A stretch of 64,000 nt of DNA from a phage, in sequence record PZ452578.1; one strand, given 5' to 3'. The position numbers and the translations under genes are program-made. Position 1 is the stretch's first letter. Every line of letters starts with the position of its first letter. Below are positions 47,124-57,301 of this stretch, piece by piece. The notes beneath the pieces were generated by a model. The model did no database searches and had not been told where the DNA came from. It saw only the letters and a list, made by a program, of their open reading frames with translations.

Positions 47124-47417
47124 TCAGCTGTAACGATAGCACTCGTTTGATTTACGCTTAGCAACTAGTTGAGAAGTATTATAATCAAAATCATCGTCAA
47201 TGTAAACAGATTTTTTCAACTTTCTTACTTCACCACGCAGTTGACGATTCAATTCATTCTTAACCTCTGAATCAACACCTCGCATACGTCGCCATTTATC
47301 TGAACGAAAAATGTTTTCAACCATATCTTTATGACTTACACCATCAGGAGCTTTACGCTTTCCGAAATAGTCATAATCACACACTTTTAAGTCTTTACGA
47401 CGATACGTTTTACCCAT
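47124..47417 (-). CDS. basic (Arg/Lys-rich) hypothetical protein (~97 aa)
   Basis: Internal ATG MGKTYRRKDLK overlapping upstream stop; track ORF longer. Confidence 0.55.
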   Translation of the reverse strand: MGKTYRRKDLKVCDYDYFGKRKAPDGVSHKDMVENIFRSDKWRRMRGVDSEVKNELNRQLRGEVRKLKKSVYIDDDFDYNTSQLVAKRKSNECYRYS

Positions 47418-47592
47418 GGAGTTTAATTTCCTTAGCAACTGAACTAAATACAGCACGGTCACAAATCATGTGTTTATGTAACTTAAGTATAAGATAATAA
47501 ACATCATAACCATTTACGTAAGTAACGCGAACAGCATTACCATTAATAAAATAATACTGTCCCTTTTTAATTTCTTTATCAATCATAACCAT
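47410..47592 (-). CDS. hypothetical protein (60 aa)
   Basis: ORF track; downstream of early promoter. Confidence 0.5.
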   Translation of the reverse strand: MVMIDKEIKKGQYYFINGNAVRVTYVNGYDVYYLILKLHKHMICDRAVFSSVAKEIKLHG

Positions 47593-47622
47593 ATCAATTC
47601 CTCAAAGGCAATTCATGTGTTA

Positions 47623-47665
47623 ATAATACCACAGTTTGAGCTCGTTGTAAACAACTTTGTGAAAA
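47623..47665 (-). promoter_or_regulatory. T4-type early promoter (GTTTAC / TGgTATTAT)
   Basis: Plus ataata 47623-47628, gtaaac 47647-47652. Confidence 0.6.
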
Positions 47666-47721
47666 TTATTTTAAGGAATGATAAGAAGTGAACGATAGCT
47701 TAGAATGGTAATATACAGAAT

Positions 47722-47748
47722 GTGAGAAAGAAAGGCCCAGAGGGCCCG
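47722..47748 (-). terminator. Intrinsic terminator after nrdH
   Basis: ggccc-aga-gggcc hairpin followed by U-rich tract on minus-strand RNA. Confidence 0.6.
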
Positions 47749-47750
47749 TC

Positions 47751-48059
47751 TTAGTCTTCTATGATATCTCTATCATATCCAAGTGAAATGAGAGTTTCTT
47801 TGAAGTGTTTAATGTTCTTTTGTCTAGAATCATTAATGAAAATGACTGGATAACGAATGTTAAGAGATGTGAATCCAGCGCGTTTAGCAAGAGATACAAT
47901 CAGCGGACGATCATACTCAATCTTACCGTTATTTGTAAGAACTTTATAGAAAGTAAAAGGAGCATTGAGCTCCTTTAGAAGTTTTGTAACTGATTGACAT
48001 CCAGGACAACGACCAACTTCATCTGGAATTCCATAGACTTCAATCTTATTTTGTTTCAC
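47751..48059 (-). CDS. nrdH: NrdH glutaredoxin-like protein
   Basis: ORF track 102 aa; CPGC redox motif. Confidence 0.8.
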   Translation of the reverse strand: MKQNKIEVYGIPDEVGRCPGCQSVTKLLKELNAPFTFYKVLTNNGKIEYDRPLIVSLAKRAGFTSLNIRYPVIFINDSRQKNIKHFKETLISLGYDRDIIED

Positions 48060-48061
48060 AA

Positions 48062-48274
48062 CTATTCCTTACTGAGAGCAGCATTCAGCTTGTTAGTAAT
48101 TTTATCCAGACGCTCATTGAACTCGCTAGAAGATAGTCCTTTTTCTGGAGAAATCAAACTAATCACGAAAAATATAGCAATAAAAGGAATAAGGAAAATA
48201 GCTCCAACTGCCATAAACAGAAAGAATGTTACAGTTGTAAGAAAATCAGCCAAACCTTTACGAAATTTATACAT
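48062..48274 (-). CDS. hypothetical membrane protein (70 aa)
   Basis: ORF track; hydrophobic. Confidence 0.55.
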   Translation of the reverse strand: MYKFRKGLADFLTTVTFFLFMAVGAIFLIPFIAIFFVISLISPEKGLSSSEFNERLDKITNKLNAALSKE

Positions 48275-48389
48275 ATTTTACCCTTAATTGATTAACCAAG
48301 CATTGATAAGCACTAAACTATACTGTGAATAAAATTCTGGACCAAAATGAAAAATCATATCATTTATAGTATCCATAATGTAATTCAAT

Positions 48390-48860
48390 TTAATCATGTT
48401 TCCACACCCCATCGGTATTTGACCAAAGTCGCTGATTATCTGATCCTCGCCACAGCTTTTTGGTCGGAAGATTTTTCTCATACTTCCCATCAATAATAAC
48501 ATCAACATATTTAAGCATTTCTAGTTGTTTAATATCTTCAAACTTGTACCCTGTCCACAACCAAATGCTTTTATTTGGATAAAGATTTTTTACTGTTTGA
48601 ACAATGCAATGAACAACATCTCGGTTATCAGGATAAAGAGGGTCACCTCCGGTTATAGTTAATCCTTCTATATAATCATTATTCAAACATTCAATTAATT
48701 GTTCTAGTGTTTCACCGGTGAATGGAATACCATTTCTAGCATTCCATGTTGATTTATTATAACACCCTTCGCATTTATGCAAACAACCTGTAACGAAAAG
48801 AACGACCCTGCAACCAGGGCCATTCACAAAATCGCAAGGATAAAATCTATCATAATTCAT
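48390..48860 (-). CDS. nrdG: NrdG anaerobic ribonucleotide reductase activase (radical SAM)
   Basis: ORF track 156 aa; Cys cluster CDFVNGPGCR...CEGC. Confidence 0.9.
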   Translation of the reverse strand: MNYDRFYPCDFVNGPGCRVVLFVTGCLHKCEGCYNKSTWNARNGIPFTGETLEQLIECLNNDYIEGLTITGGDPLYPDNRDVVHCIVQTVKNLYPNKSIWLWTGYKFEDIKQLEMLKYVDVIIDGKYEKNLPTKKLWRGSDNQRLWSNTDGVWKHD

Positions 48861-50674
48861 TGGTGTTTAACCCTATGCATGATTTCTTTATTTTTGCCAA
48901 GATTAAATCCGCGCTCGTTCGGATTTCCCAAATAGCCGCATGTTCTTCTTATGGTGTTCATCTTTTTAGGATCAGTTTCTCCACAAATAGAACAAACAAA
49001 TCCGTTTTCAGTAGGAGTCATTTCATGGGTACTTCCGCATGTAAAACATTTATCTACTGGCATATTAACACCAAAATAATCTAAATGTTGTGCAGCATAA
49101 TCCCATACGGCCTCAAGGCCTTTTAAGTTATTTTTCATATCAGGAAGTTCAACATAAGAAATGTGACCACCTGTCGCAATGAAATGATATGGCGCTTCAC
49201 GAGAAATCTTTTCAAACGGAGTAATATTTTCTTCTACTGAAACATGGAAACTGTTAGTGTACCAACCTTTATCGGTAACATCTTTTACGCTTCCATATTT
49301 TTCTGTATCGAGTTTACAGAAGCGATAACAAAGGTTTTCAGCAGGAGTCGAATATAAACTAAAAGCAAATCCAGTTCTTTCAGTCCACTGTTTAAGATGA
49401 GCATTCATTTTAGTTAAAATTTCCTGTCCAATATCACGACCGACAAGAATATTCAATTCATGAATACCAATGTATCCTAGGGACACTGAACTTCTACCGT
49501 TTTTAAATAACTCAATTATGTCGTCATCAGGTTTAAGACGAACCCCGAATGCACCTTCTTGGTAAAGAATAGGAGCAACAGTAGCTTTAACTCCTTTTAA
49601 GGAACTAATTCTACACATCAAAGCTTCAAAACACAAATCCATACGTTCATTGAATAATTCAACAAATTTCTGTTCGTTAAATTGTGTTCCAATATAAGAA
49701 TCTAATGCAATGCGAGGAAGATTCAGTGTTACAACACCAAGATTATTACGTCCATCAAGAATTTCATTACCAGTCGAATCTTTCCATACGCTCAAGAAAC
49801 TACGGCATCCCATCGGAGAAACAGGAATAGATGAACCAGTGATAGCTTTATTGTTCTTAGCTGAAATAATATCAGGATACATCCTTTTGCTTGCACACTC
49901 TAAAGCAAGCTGCTTAATATCATAGTTCGGATCGTCTTTATAAAGATTAACACCTTCTTCAACAAACATAACAAGCTTAGGGAAAATAGGAGTTATCCCA
50001 TCACGACCAAGACCTTTAATACGATTTTTCAGAATTGCTTTCTGAATCATTCGTTCAGTCCAGTCAGTTCCCGTACCAAATGTAATTGTTACAAAAGGCG
50101 TTTGTCCGTTTGAACTAAAGAGAGTATTTACTTCATATTCATAAGCTTGAAATGCATCGTATACGTCTTTTTCTGTTTTAGATTGAGCATAATTCAACGC
50201 ATCGGCGATTTGCCATTTTTCTGCATCCTCAATATGTTTTGCATAGGTGCGTTTAACATAAGGAGAAAGTACTTTATCTACATTCGCAAAAGTCGTTCCG
50301 CCGTATTGGTGAGAAGCAACTTGCGCAGTAATTTGTGCCATAATTGCAGTAGCAACTCCAATTGATTTAGGAGTTTCAATCTGTGCATTACCTAGCTTAA
50401 ATCCGTTTTCAAGCATTCCTTTTAAATCTACTAAACAACAATTAGTAAATGGAAGAGCAGGGGAATAATCAATATCATGGAAATGAATAATTCCGCTTTC
50501 ATGCGCTTTCATAATAAAAGACGGGACCATATTTTTGGCAATGTGTTTAGACACAATACCAGCCATAAGGTCCCGTTGAGTTGGAAAAACACGAGAATCT
50601 TTATTAGCATTCTCGTTTAAAAGGTCTTTATTAGTTTTATGAATCAATCCTTCAATTTCTTTTTCAATTGTCAT
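48857..50674 (-). CDS. nrdD: NrdD anaerobic ribonucleoside-triphosphate reductase, intronless
   Basis: ORF track 605 aa continuous; C-terminal glycyl-radical region and CxxC zinc site. Confidence 0.95.
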   Translation of the reverse strand: MTIEKEIEGLIHKTNKDLLNENANKDSRVFPTQRDLMAGIVSKHIAKNMVPSFIMKAHESGIIHFHDIDYSPALPFTNCCLVDLKGMLENGFKLGNAQIETPKSIGVATAIMAQITAQVASHQYGGTTFANVDKVLSPYVKRTYAKHIEDAEKWQIADALNYAQSKTEKDVYDAFQAYEYEVNTLFSSNGQTPFVTITFGTGTDWTERMIQKAILKNRIKGLGRDGITPIFPKLVMFVEEGVNLYKDDPNYDIKQLALECASKRMYPDIISAKNNKAITGSSIPVSPMGCRSFLSVWKDSTGNEILDGRNNLGVVTLNLPRIALDSYIGTQFNEQKFVELFNERMDLCFEALMCRISSLKGVKATVAPILYQEGAFGVRLKPDDDIIELFKNGRSSVSLGYIGIHELNILVGRDIGQEILTKMNAHLKQWTERTGFAFSLYSTPAENLCYRFCKLDTEKYGSVKDVTDKGWYTNSFHVSVEENITPFEKISREAPYHFIATGGHISYVELPDMKNNLKGLEAVWDYAAQHLDYFGVNMPVDKCFTCGSTHEMTPTENGFVCSICGETDPKKMNTIRRTCGYLGNPNERGFNLGKNKEIMHRVKHQ

Positions 50675-51144
50675 TTTAAACTCTTTCTAAGCTGCTTCTT
50701 AAATGAAGCTATTAACTGTGTTTTGGTGTCAGATTCATTATATTCAAATCCTCTTTGAAGCATCTCGGCCATCATTTCCTCTTTTCCTAAACGAGAAAAT
50801 TCCTTTGATTTATCTCCAACAAAGTTAGGGTGAATATTATTTTGGGTGTAATCGGATTTTAAATAAGTAAGTAAATTTTCTAACCATTCAAGATAATCAA
50901 CCCCTTGTCCCTTTAAGCCAGAACGATTAAATTTGTGCTTCATTTGACCTTCTGCGGCATTGCAGAGATTACAAAGCAATCCACGCACCTTTCCTGCTTT
51001 TGGTCCATTTAATTCATGGTCATGGTCGAGGTGATTAGCTTGAACATCAGGATTTAGTTCTCGTTGGCAAATTAAGCATTTACCGTTTTGTGCATTATAA
51101 AATTTCTGTTTTTCTTCTTTGTATAATTTGCCAGTCAATAACAT
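50671..51144 (-). CDS. 49: gp49 endonuclease VII (Holliday junction resolvase)
   Basis: ORF track 157 aa; HLDHDHELNGPKAGKVRGLLC motif as in T4 endo VII. Confidence 0.85.
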   Translation of the reverse strand: MLLTGKLYKEEKQKFYNAQNGKCLICQRELNPDVQANHLDHDHELNGPKAGKVRGLLCNLCNAAEGQMKHKFNRSGLKGQGVDYLEWLENLLTYLKSDYTQNNIHPNFVGDKSKEFSRLGKEEMMAEMLQRGFEYNESDTKTQLIASFKKQLRKSLK

Positions 51145-51185
51145 AATAAACCCTTACCTTAAATAGATAAGGGTATTTATTATTT

Positions 51186-51671
51186 TCAAGTATTATAAAA
51201 CATTTGATGCAATCGCTTATATTGCTGAATCATTCGATCAGAAAAAGAAATTTGAGTTTCAAGCCATTCAATGTACTCTGCGGCAGCTTGCATCAGGTTA
51301 CCTTCATAGCCATCGTTATTTTCTTGTGCAGCTAATTTAGCTAATGCGTATGAAATACGTTCACCTTGAAAATCGGCTTTAGGCTTCTGAACAACTTGAT
51401 TAGTTCGCTCTACAACTTCTTCAATTTCGCCATTTTCTACTGATTCAGTATTCCACAAGCACCAATACGTAATTGGCTTATCGTAGATGTTAATAATCTT
51501 TCCATCAGAAAGTTCAATTTCAATAATTCCAGTATCAGGTTCTATATCATCTTCACATTCTTTTGCAAGTTCACGAACTTTAAAGACAGTACCTGCACTA
51601 AGTTCCGGCCAGTAATTACACAACCCTGTATCAGCACGATTAATTCTAAACCACTTATCTACTGTAATCAT
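51186..51671 (-). CDS. Pin-position protein (~161 aa from internal ATG)
   Basis: ORF track; assignment by position and size only. Confidence 0.45.
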   Translation of the reverse strand: MITVDKWFRINRADTGLCNYWPELSAGTVFKVRELAKECEDDIEPDTGIIEIELSDGKIINIYDKPITYWCLWNTESVENGEIEEVVERTNQVVQKPKADFQGERISYALAKLAAQENNDGYEGNLMQAAAEYIEWLETQISFSDRMIQQYKRLHQMFYNT

Positions 51672-51794
51672 GTCCCATCTCCATATCAATTAAGTCATTT
51701 ATCGTTGGTTCATTATATACTGTTTCTTCATCAGTATAAACCGGTTCTTCCGGCTCTGGCTCTACAGTTTCCCATCTAGCCGCCCACCAGGGTT

Positions 51795-52115
51795 TTATAG
51801 CGTAATCCATTCTCGTACTGTCTGAGTTACTACACGTTCTCGAGGTTCGACTAGTTCAACAGTCGGAACTGCATAATACCAGTCAGAATGATAAGAACCT
51901 GAACGGCATTCATTTACGGAAACATGTACATTATGTTTTGGACTAAAATAAACACACTGACGATATTGGCATTTACCATCTTGCACCCAGTCTTCTATTT
52001 CGATAGGTTTAAGATAGTCAGAAAAATCGAAATCATAGTTTTCCGAAAATGCATCATGGTCTTCGATGATTTCACTCAGAACTGCATCAACATCTAATTT
52101 ATTTTCAGTATTCAT
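51795..52115 (-). CDS. hypothetical protein (106 aa)
   Basis: ORF track. Confidence 0.55.
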   Translation of the reverse strand: MNTENKLDVDAVLSEIIEDHDAFSENYDFDFSDYLKPIEIEDWVQDGKCQYRQCVYFSPKHNVHVSVNECRSGSYHSDWYYAVPTVELVEPRERVVTQTVREWITL

Positions 52116-52125
52116 TTTTCACCAA

Positions 52126-52335
52126 TTAATTTCGCAATTTATCAAGTTCTTCATAATCAATCCAGGATTCTAATCCTGATGGCAAATCAGATTCAATTTC
52201 CCAAAGAAGTTCTTCAATTTTATGAAGACGATCTAATTCTTCAGCTGGAATAGTAACCATTGATGGAGTTCTTGATACACTAATATCGTAAATCATATTT
52301 ACCCCAGTTTGACCATACAATCGCCGTATTTCCAC
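52126..52335 (-). CDS. hypothetical protein (69 aa)
   Basis: ORF track. Confidence 0.5.
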   Translation of the reverse strand: MEIRRLYGQTGVNMIYDISVSRTPSMVTIPAEELDRLHKIEELLWEIESDLPSGLESWIDYEELDKLRN

Positions 52336-52514
52336 TTAGAAATAGACTTTTCGCCATTAGAATAATAAACTTCAAGTTTAGCACGGTTATTTTTAATTTG
52401 AATAACCTTTGCTGTCATCAAAGTTCCATACCCATAATAAACTGCAACTTCATCACCTACATATACCGCGCTTCCGCGGTAGTCATGGATATAATCAGTT
52501 CCTTCAAGCATCAT
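52299..52514 (-). CDS. hypothetical protein (71 aa)
   Basis: ORF track. Confidence 0.5.
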   Translation of the reverse strand: MMLEGTDYIHDYRGSAVYVGDEVAVYYGYGTLMTAKVIQIKNNRAKLEVYYSNGEKSISKWKYGDCMVKLG

Positions 52515-52774
52515 TTAAAGTATTCCCGCAATTGGTCAAATCCACCAATATGACTTCCATCAGGAGCAAATACCTGAGGCATTGTCAAGCCGATTTGAGT
52601 ATCACGACCTAGTTTAGTCAGAAGCTCAGCGATTTTCTCATCATCAAAAACACCTTTTTCCGGCATAATGTTGATAAATTCAAACGGCTGTTTCTTCACG
52701 GTCAAAAGACGTTTTGCATTATCACAATACACGCATTTATGAATGTTGCTATCATAACCATATACTTTAAACAT
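52511..52774 (-). CDS. nrdC: NrdC thioredoxin/glutaredoxin
   Basis: ORF track 87 aa; CVYC active site; matches T4 NrdC. Confidence 0.85.
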   Translation of the reverse strand: MFKVYGYDSNIHKCVYCDNAKRLLTVKKQPFEFINIMPEKGVFDDEKIAELLTKLGRDTQIGLTMPQVFAPDGSHIGGFDQLREYFK

Positions 52775-52775
52775 A

Positions 52776-53033
52776 TTATTCCTTAATTCCTAGTACTTGT
52801 TTAAAAGTCTCGTCGTAATCAAGACTTTGGCCCGTTTGTTCTTTATATTTGTATATAATATCACTTACTTCTGATAGCATATTTTTATATGAACGAGTTA
52901 AAGCTGATTTAAGCACGCTGTATCTATCAGGAAATTTACCATGTTCATTATAATACGCTATTGCTAATTCACGGACTGCCTTTTCAGCAGTCTCCATATA
53001 TTCTTTACGCTTGGTCATTTTCTTCTCGGTCAA
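52776..53033 (-). CDS. hypothetical protein (85 aa)
   Basis: ORF track. Confidence 0.55.
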   Translation of the reverse strand: MTEKKMTKRKEYMETAEKAVRELAIAYYNEHGKFPDRYSVLKSALTRSYKNMLSEVSDIIYKYKEQTGQSLDYDETFKQVLGIKE

Positions 53034-53319
53034 ATCGGTGTTTACAATGGCGACATTTATAACGAAGATTATTAGTCTGCCAATGGACTAATTGCACCTG
53101 TTCAGTTCCACACTCAGGGCAATTAGGAACGTTTTTAGAAGCCCTTTCGCGACGTTCAACCATGACCATTACAGAATCCCAATTAATAGGGCTGCTATAA
53201 TCATCACAACCATAAATCTTTCCACGCATTTCCAGATCGTCTTCTTCACCAGCCATAATAATTTTAATTAGACTAGAATTACTTGAAGCTGCAATATCTT
53301 CTAATAAACGCTTTTTCAT
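53005..53319 (-). CDS. zinc-ribbon protein (104 aa; CPECG...CRHC)
   Basis: ORF track; C4 motif. Confidence 0.55.
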   Translation of the reverse strand: MKKRLLEDIAASSNSSLIKIIMAGEEDDLEMRGKIYGCDDYSSPINWDSVMVMVERRERASKNVPNCPECGTEQVQLVHWQTNNLRYKCRHCKHRFDREENDQA

Positions 53320-54245
53320 TTCAGTACCTCAATAGCATTACGTAAACCATTTGCTTTTGCATTAAGAGCTTTTAACAATTTGGTGTGTTCTGCAATTTGG
53401 GCTTCAACTTCAATCAAACGAGCATTGAGATATTCGCGTTCTTCGCTCAAGTTATCAACCTTTTCTACTTTAGGCTCTTTTACAACTGTCTTATATGTAT
53501 TAGGGTTCTTCAGTTTAATTAGAATGCGTGAACTGTATAACATTGAACCATTATCTTCGGTTTCGTCATACATTTCTACTACGTCCATAATTTCTAACAT
53601 CACGCGAAGTTTATAAGACAACGAACGAATAGTTTTGTTGTGCTTATTAATTTCTTTAGCTGTCATGGTGCCGAGATTACGTGAGTAATAATAAGGAACC
53701 TGGATATTAATTAATACTGATGAACCACCTGGCTTGTGTGTTACTTCATCAGCAATAACCCAGTCCTTAACGTGAACTGTATTTGTACGGTCATCGCCCG
53801 CGGTAAATAGTTTGCGAGCATGCTTAAAAAGCATATTCACTTGGTCATTGAATTGACAAGCAAATTTATCAGCAAATTTGGTTTCAGGAATGGTAGAAAA
53901 CCAATTAGCCAAATGAGTCTTTTTAACATCATTAACAATAGTAAATTCAACCAAATCGGTTATAGATGTCTCAGATTTAATGAAGCTCGGCTTCATAAAG
54001 TTTTTAATGTTCTCATGAGCTACAGTAGAAGATAACATACGAGAACGTTTAAACCATTCAAGCAAATTGCCTAACGAATGAGAATAAGCGTTTTGAGTAT
54101 CTTTACAGATATGATTTTCCTGGCCAACATATTGAAGGAAATCACGAAGAATATTATTGATTACTGCTCTGTGTCCTATCTGATAATTACGATGTTTAGT
54201 AATAAGACTATCAAAATAATCAATATAATGTTTACGAGTTTTCAT
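53316..54245 (-). CDS. paralog family member 1 (309 aa) with C-terminal coiled coil
   Basis: ORF track; shared motifs with the next three ORFs. Confidence 0.65.
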   Translation of the reverse strand: MKTRKHYIDYFDSLITKHRNYQIGHRAVINNILRDFLQYVGQENHICKDTQNAYSHSLGNLLEWFKRSRMLSSTVAHENIKNFMKPSFIKSETSITDLVEFTIVNDVKKTHLANWFSTIPETKFADKFACQFNDQVNMLFKHARKLFTAGDDRTNTVHVKDWVIADEVTHKPGGSSVLINIQVPYYYSRNLGTMTAKEINKHNKTIRSLSYKLRVMLEIMDVVEMYDETEDNGSMLYSSRILIKLKNPNTYKTVVKEPKVEKVDNLSEEREYLNARLIEVEAQIAEHTKLLKALNAKANGLRNAIEVLK

Positions 54246-54299
54246 GTTCTTCTCACTTGGTTAATGATTTATGCTCCGAGCCATCCTTGGCTTTAAATT

Positions 54300-55301
54300 T
54301 TACTTAATTAACTGTAAAGCTTGTTCTAGACGATCAAGACGATTAACAGATTCTTCCCAAATCCTTTTAGCCTGCTCATATTCTTTGTGCGCTTTATTAG
54401 AAATTTCTAGAACTTCTTTATAAGCTTTTTCTAGTGCAATAACTTCTGGACGAATTTCTATCGGTTCAGGTGAATCGTCAAGACATTCCATTAGTTCCTC
54501 AAGGGTAGTTTCTTCTTTAGGAGTATTCACAATTTCATCACATTTTTGTTGATAAATTTCTTTATCAGTAGGTGAGTACGCGCACTTTACTTCACGAAGA
54601 CTAATTACAATTTTATATCCTTCCCAGCCGCATATATTCTTAAAAGGATATGTATGAATATTTTCTACTGTTTCCATACAAAGTAATGCGGTCTCTAATT
54701 GACGAGTTATAGTGCTAGCAATTGAGAAAAATTTATTAATATTCTTTTGGTTAGTTTCTGGTGTAAAAAATCTGTAATTAATAAAAATAGCTACTTTGTT
54801 TTTATCAAGCTCATATTCTTCTGCTATAATCATATCATCAGCTAAGGGATGAATTTGACGATAATCGCCATAACATAATTTAGAAGCTGATTTTAGAATT
54901 TGCTTCGTAAAACTCCTAAATTCACTAACCCAACGACGAGTAAAAATATTCTCAGGGTCTTCTTTAGTATTAAGATGATAAGTATTAACATCACCGAACC
55001 AATTGTATCCTACTACATCTTTGGTTCGTTTAATTTCTTTCCCAAATTTACCAAGAATATCTTGATTAACTAAATATGAAAGAAGACGAGACCCTTTAAA
55101 GGTTTCCTTAATATCATCTTTATCTGCACGACTAGAAATTTTATGAACTTCATGAATAAATTTGCTGGAAGAAACAATACTTGCATCAGTATTATTGAGC
55201 CATTGATTGATAATGGAAATAACGCTATTCTGACTAGACATAGGTTTAACTTTATCATCAATAACGCTATTGAATGATTTGATATATTCGTTACGAGTCA
55301 T
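54300..55301 (-). CDS. paralog family member 2 (333 aa)
   Basis: ATG at 55301 with GAGGAG RBS; track start lies inside the upstream promoter. Confidence 0.65.
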   Translation of the reverse strand: MTRNEYIKSFNSVIDDKVKPMSSQNSVISIINQWLNNTDASIVSSSKFIHEVHKISSRADKDDIKETFKGSRLLSYLVNQDILGKFGKEIKRTKDVVGYNWFGDVNTYHLNTKEDPENIFTRRWVSEFRSFTKQILKSASKLCYGDYRQIHPLADDMIIAEEYELDKNKVAIFINYRFFTPETNQKNINKFFSIASTITRQLETALLCMETVENIHTYPFKNICGWEGYKIVISLREVKCAYSPTDKEIYQQKCDEIVNTPKEETTLEELMECLDDSPEPIEIRPEVIALEKAYKEVLEISNKAHKEYEQAKRIWEESVNRLDRLEQALQLIK

Positions 55302-55329
55302 ATTAATCTCCTCAGTAGAAAGTAAGAAC

Positions 55330-55365
55330 ATTATACCACATCCTTGTGGCGAAGTAAACTAGTTT
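55330..55365 (-). promoter_or_regulatory. T4-type early promoter (GTTTAC / TGgTATAAT), near-identical to the one at 9356..9390
   Basis: Plus attataccacatccttgtggcgaagtaaact. Confidence 0.65.
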
Positions 55366-56378
55366 AGTGCATTTAGTGCATTGTTCAGTTTAGAACGTTG
55401 CTTCGTGAGATTTTTGACTTTTTCTTGAGCTTTTTCTAGCATCTTTTCAGCTTCTAGCACTTCATTAGTTGCTTTGACGAGTTCATCATCTACTGCCTTG
55501 ATAGACTTCTCAATCGCATCCGCGTGCCATTTTTCAACAGGTTTAAGACTCGGATTTTCAACAGGAAGAAAATTCACTTTATTGAATTTCCATGCATCTT
55601 TATTACCTGAACTATACATCCAAAATTTAGGATCGTTTGATGAGTAATTAGATAAATTTAAGTTATCTTGCACTTCTTGCTTTTTCTCTTGCGGGACTTC
55701 GTCCTTTCTCAAAAAATCGTATTTAAATGAAACGATCATATCAAGTTCATATGTTGTTGTATGTTCCCAATTTCGCTCAAAACGAGGTAAAATCTTAGAA
55801 TGAACTGCAGCAACAACATCCATATACTTAAATGCTTCTGTCAACTGCGATTTAAGGCATTCGCAAATTGAAAGAGAATTTTTTGTATTAGGTTTAAAGC
55901 TAATTCGTGCAGTTCTATTATTTTCTTTTAATGGTCTTACTTCCATCTGAAGAGTATAACCATCAAATTTCAAGTTCTTTAAGTTAATGTCAGAACCTTT
56001 TAATCGACTAGCCGTCGACAAAATTTGCTTTAATTGTTTACGGAATAGAGCAATAAATCTCCATTCAATACGATAATGATTTGGATTGAAAAATCCAGAT
56101 GATAAATCGACCTTACTCTGACCAACACCTTGAACAAATAGAGGATTTTTATAATCAATAGTTTTACAGAAATCGGTGAGCTGCTCACGAGCAGTCATTT
56201 GTGTAATATACCCCGCTTTACTAAAATGACGTAATAATTCACTGCTATTTAGATATTTAAAGTGAATAGCACGATTAACTTTATCAGGGTCTAAATTATT
56301 TTCACACAAAAATGTCATAACATTACGAGTATCGCTGCCAGTACGAACCATATCTTCAATTTGAGAACGAGTTTTCAT
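55359..56378 (-). CDS. paralog family member 3 (339 aa)
   Basis: ORF track. Confidence 0.65.
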   Translation of the reverse strand: MKTRSQIEDMVRTGSDTRNVMTFLCENNLDPDKVNRAIHFKYLNSSELLRHFSKAGYITQMTAREQLTDFCKTIDYKNPLFVQGVGQSKVDLSSGFFNPNHYRIEWRFIALFRKQLKQILSTASRLKGSDINLKNLKFDGYTLQMEVRPLKENNRTARISFKPNTKNSLSICECLKSQLTEAFKYMDVVAAVHSKILPRFERNWEHTTTYELDMIVSFKYDFLRKDEVPQEKKQEVQDNLNLSNYSSNDPKFWMYSSGNKDAWKFNKVNFLPVENPSLKPVEKWHADAIEKSIKAVDDELVKATNEVLEAEKMLEKAQEKVKNLTKQRSKLNNALNALN

Positions 56379-56386
56379 GGTGTTCC

Positions 56387-57301
56387 TTAAGATTTAAGTA
56401 AATCAACAATTTTAATTAACTTTTCACGCTCAGATTTAGCTTTACTACTCAGTCCAGATAGTCTGAAAATTTCATCATCATATTGTTGAATAGAAATATT
56501 CAGCTCTTCAATCTGTTTATTAAAATAATCAATTTGTTCAGAATGTTTTTCGTTACTACGAAATGGTACAGGTTTTGTAGGCAATTTAGTTGAATTGGAT
56601 TCATCCGGGCGATAAATTAAAATACAACTTGAACCAATCGGACATTTAGCACCAGATGAATATTCTAACGTTCCAGCTTCTTTTAAAACTTCAAAAGCTA
56701 AACAGAGATGATGCCCCATATTGACATAATCTGTAGAGTGAGCTCTGACATAATAATCATCTCCACGAGTACTAAATTTAAAGCATTTAAGGTCTTCTGT
56801 ATTATTAGTTTTAAAAATCATTTGTTTATCTAGACCTTTAGCTAATCGAGCGCCTAATGCTAATAATCGTCGTTGATTTTCCCACAAATCCGCAATCATT
56901 TGGTCAAATGATAATTTTGGCATTAGTCGACCATAAAGGTCATATCCTTTATTATAATTACGAAGGATTTCACTCGCGTTAATACGAGACAACGCTCCAA
57001 TTTTATTAAGGGCTTTCATAATACGATTAGATAAACTCATTCCAGACCCGTTTGTTCGCCGTAAATGTTTTTCTAATCCAAATCCAATATCAACTTTAAA
57101 TTTATCTAAAATTTCAGCATGAACATCTCTGTCAATAACATTCAAATCCAAAGTTGGGTTAAATCTATGAAAAAATTTATCTGGCTCTCCACGACGAAGT
57201 ACAGTCCATTCATTCATCATTTTTTTATTAACTAAAGATTTAATTACTGCATTGACATTATTAATTGCTACTGACATATTTTCCTCACTCAATTTTACCA
57301 A
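56387..57301 (-). CDS. paralog family member 4 (304 aa)
   Basis: ORF track. Confidence 0.65.
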   Translation of the reverse strand: MVKLSEENMSVAINNVNAVIKSLVNKKMMNEWTVLRRGEPDKFFHRFNPTLDLNVIDRDVHAEILDKFKVDIGFGLEKHLRRTNGSGMSLSNRIMKALNKIGALSRINASEILRNYNKGYDLYGRLMPKLSFDQMIADLWENQRRLLALGARLAKGLDKQMIFKTNNTEDLKCFKFSTRGDDYYVRAHSTDYVNMGHHLCLAFEVLKEAGTLEYSSGAKCPIGSSCILIYRPDESNSTKLPTKPVPFRSNEKHSEQIDYFNKQIEELNISIQQYDDEIFRLSGLSSKAKSEREKLIKIVDLLKS

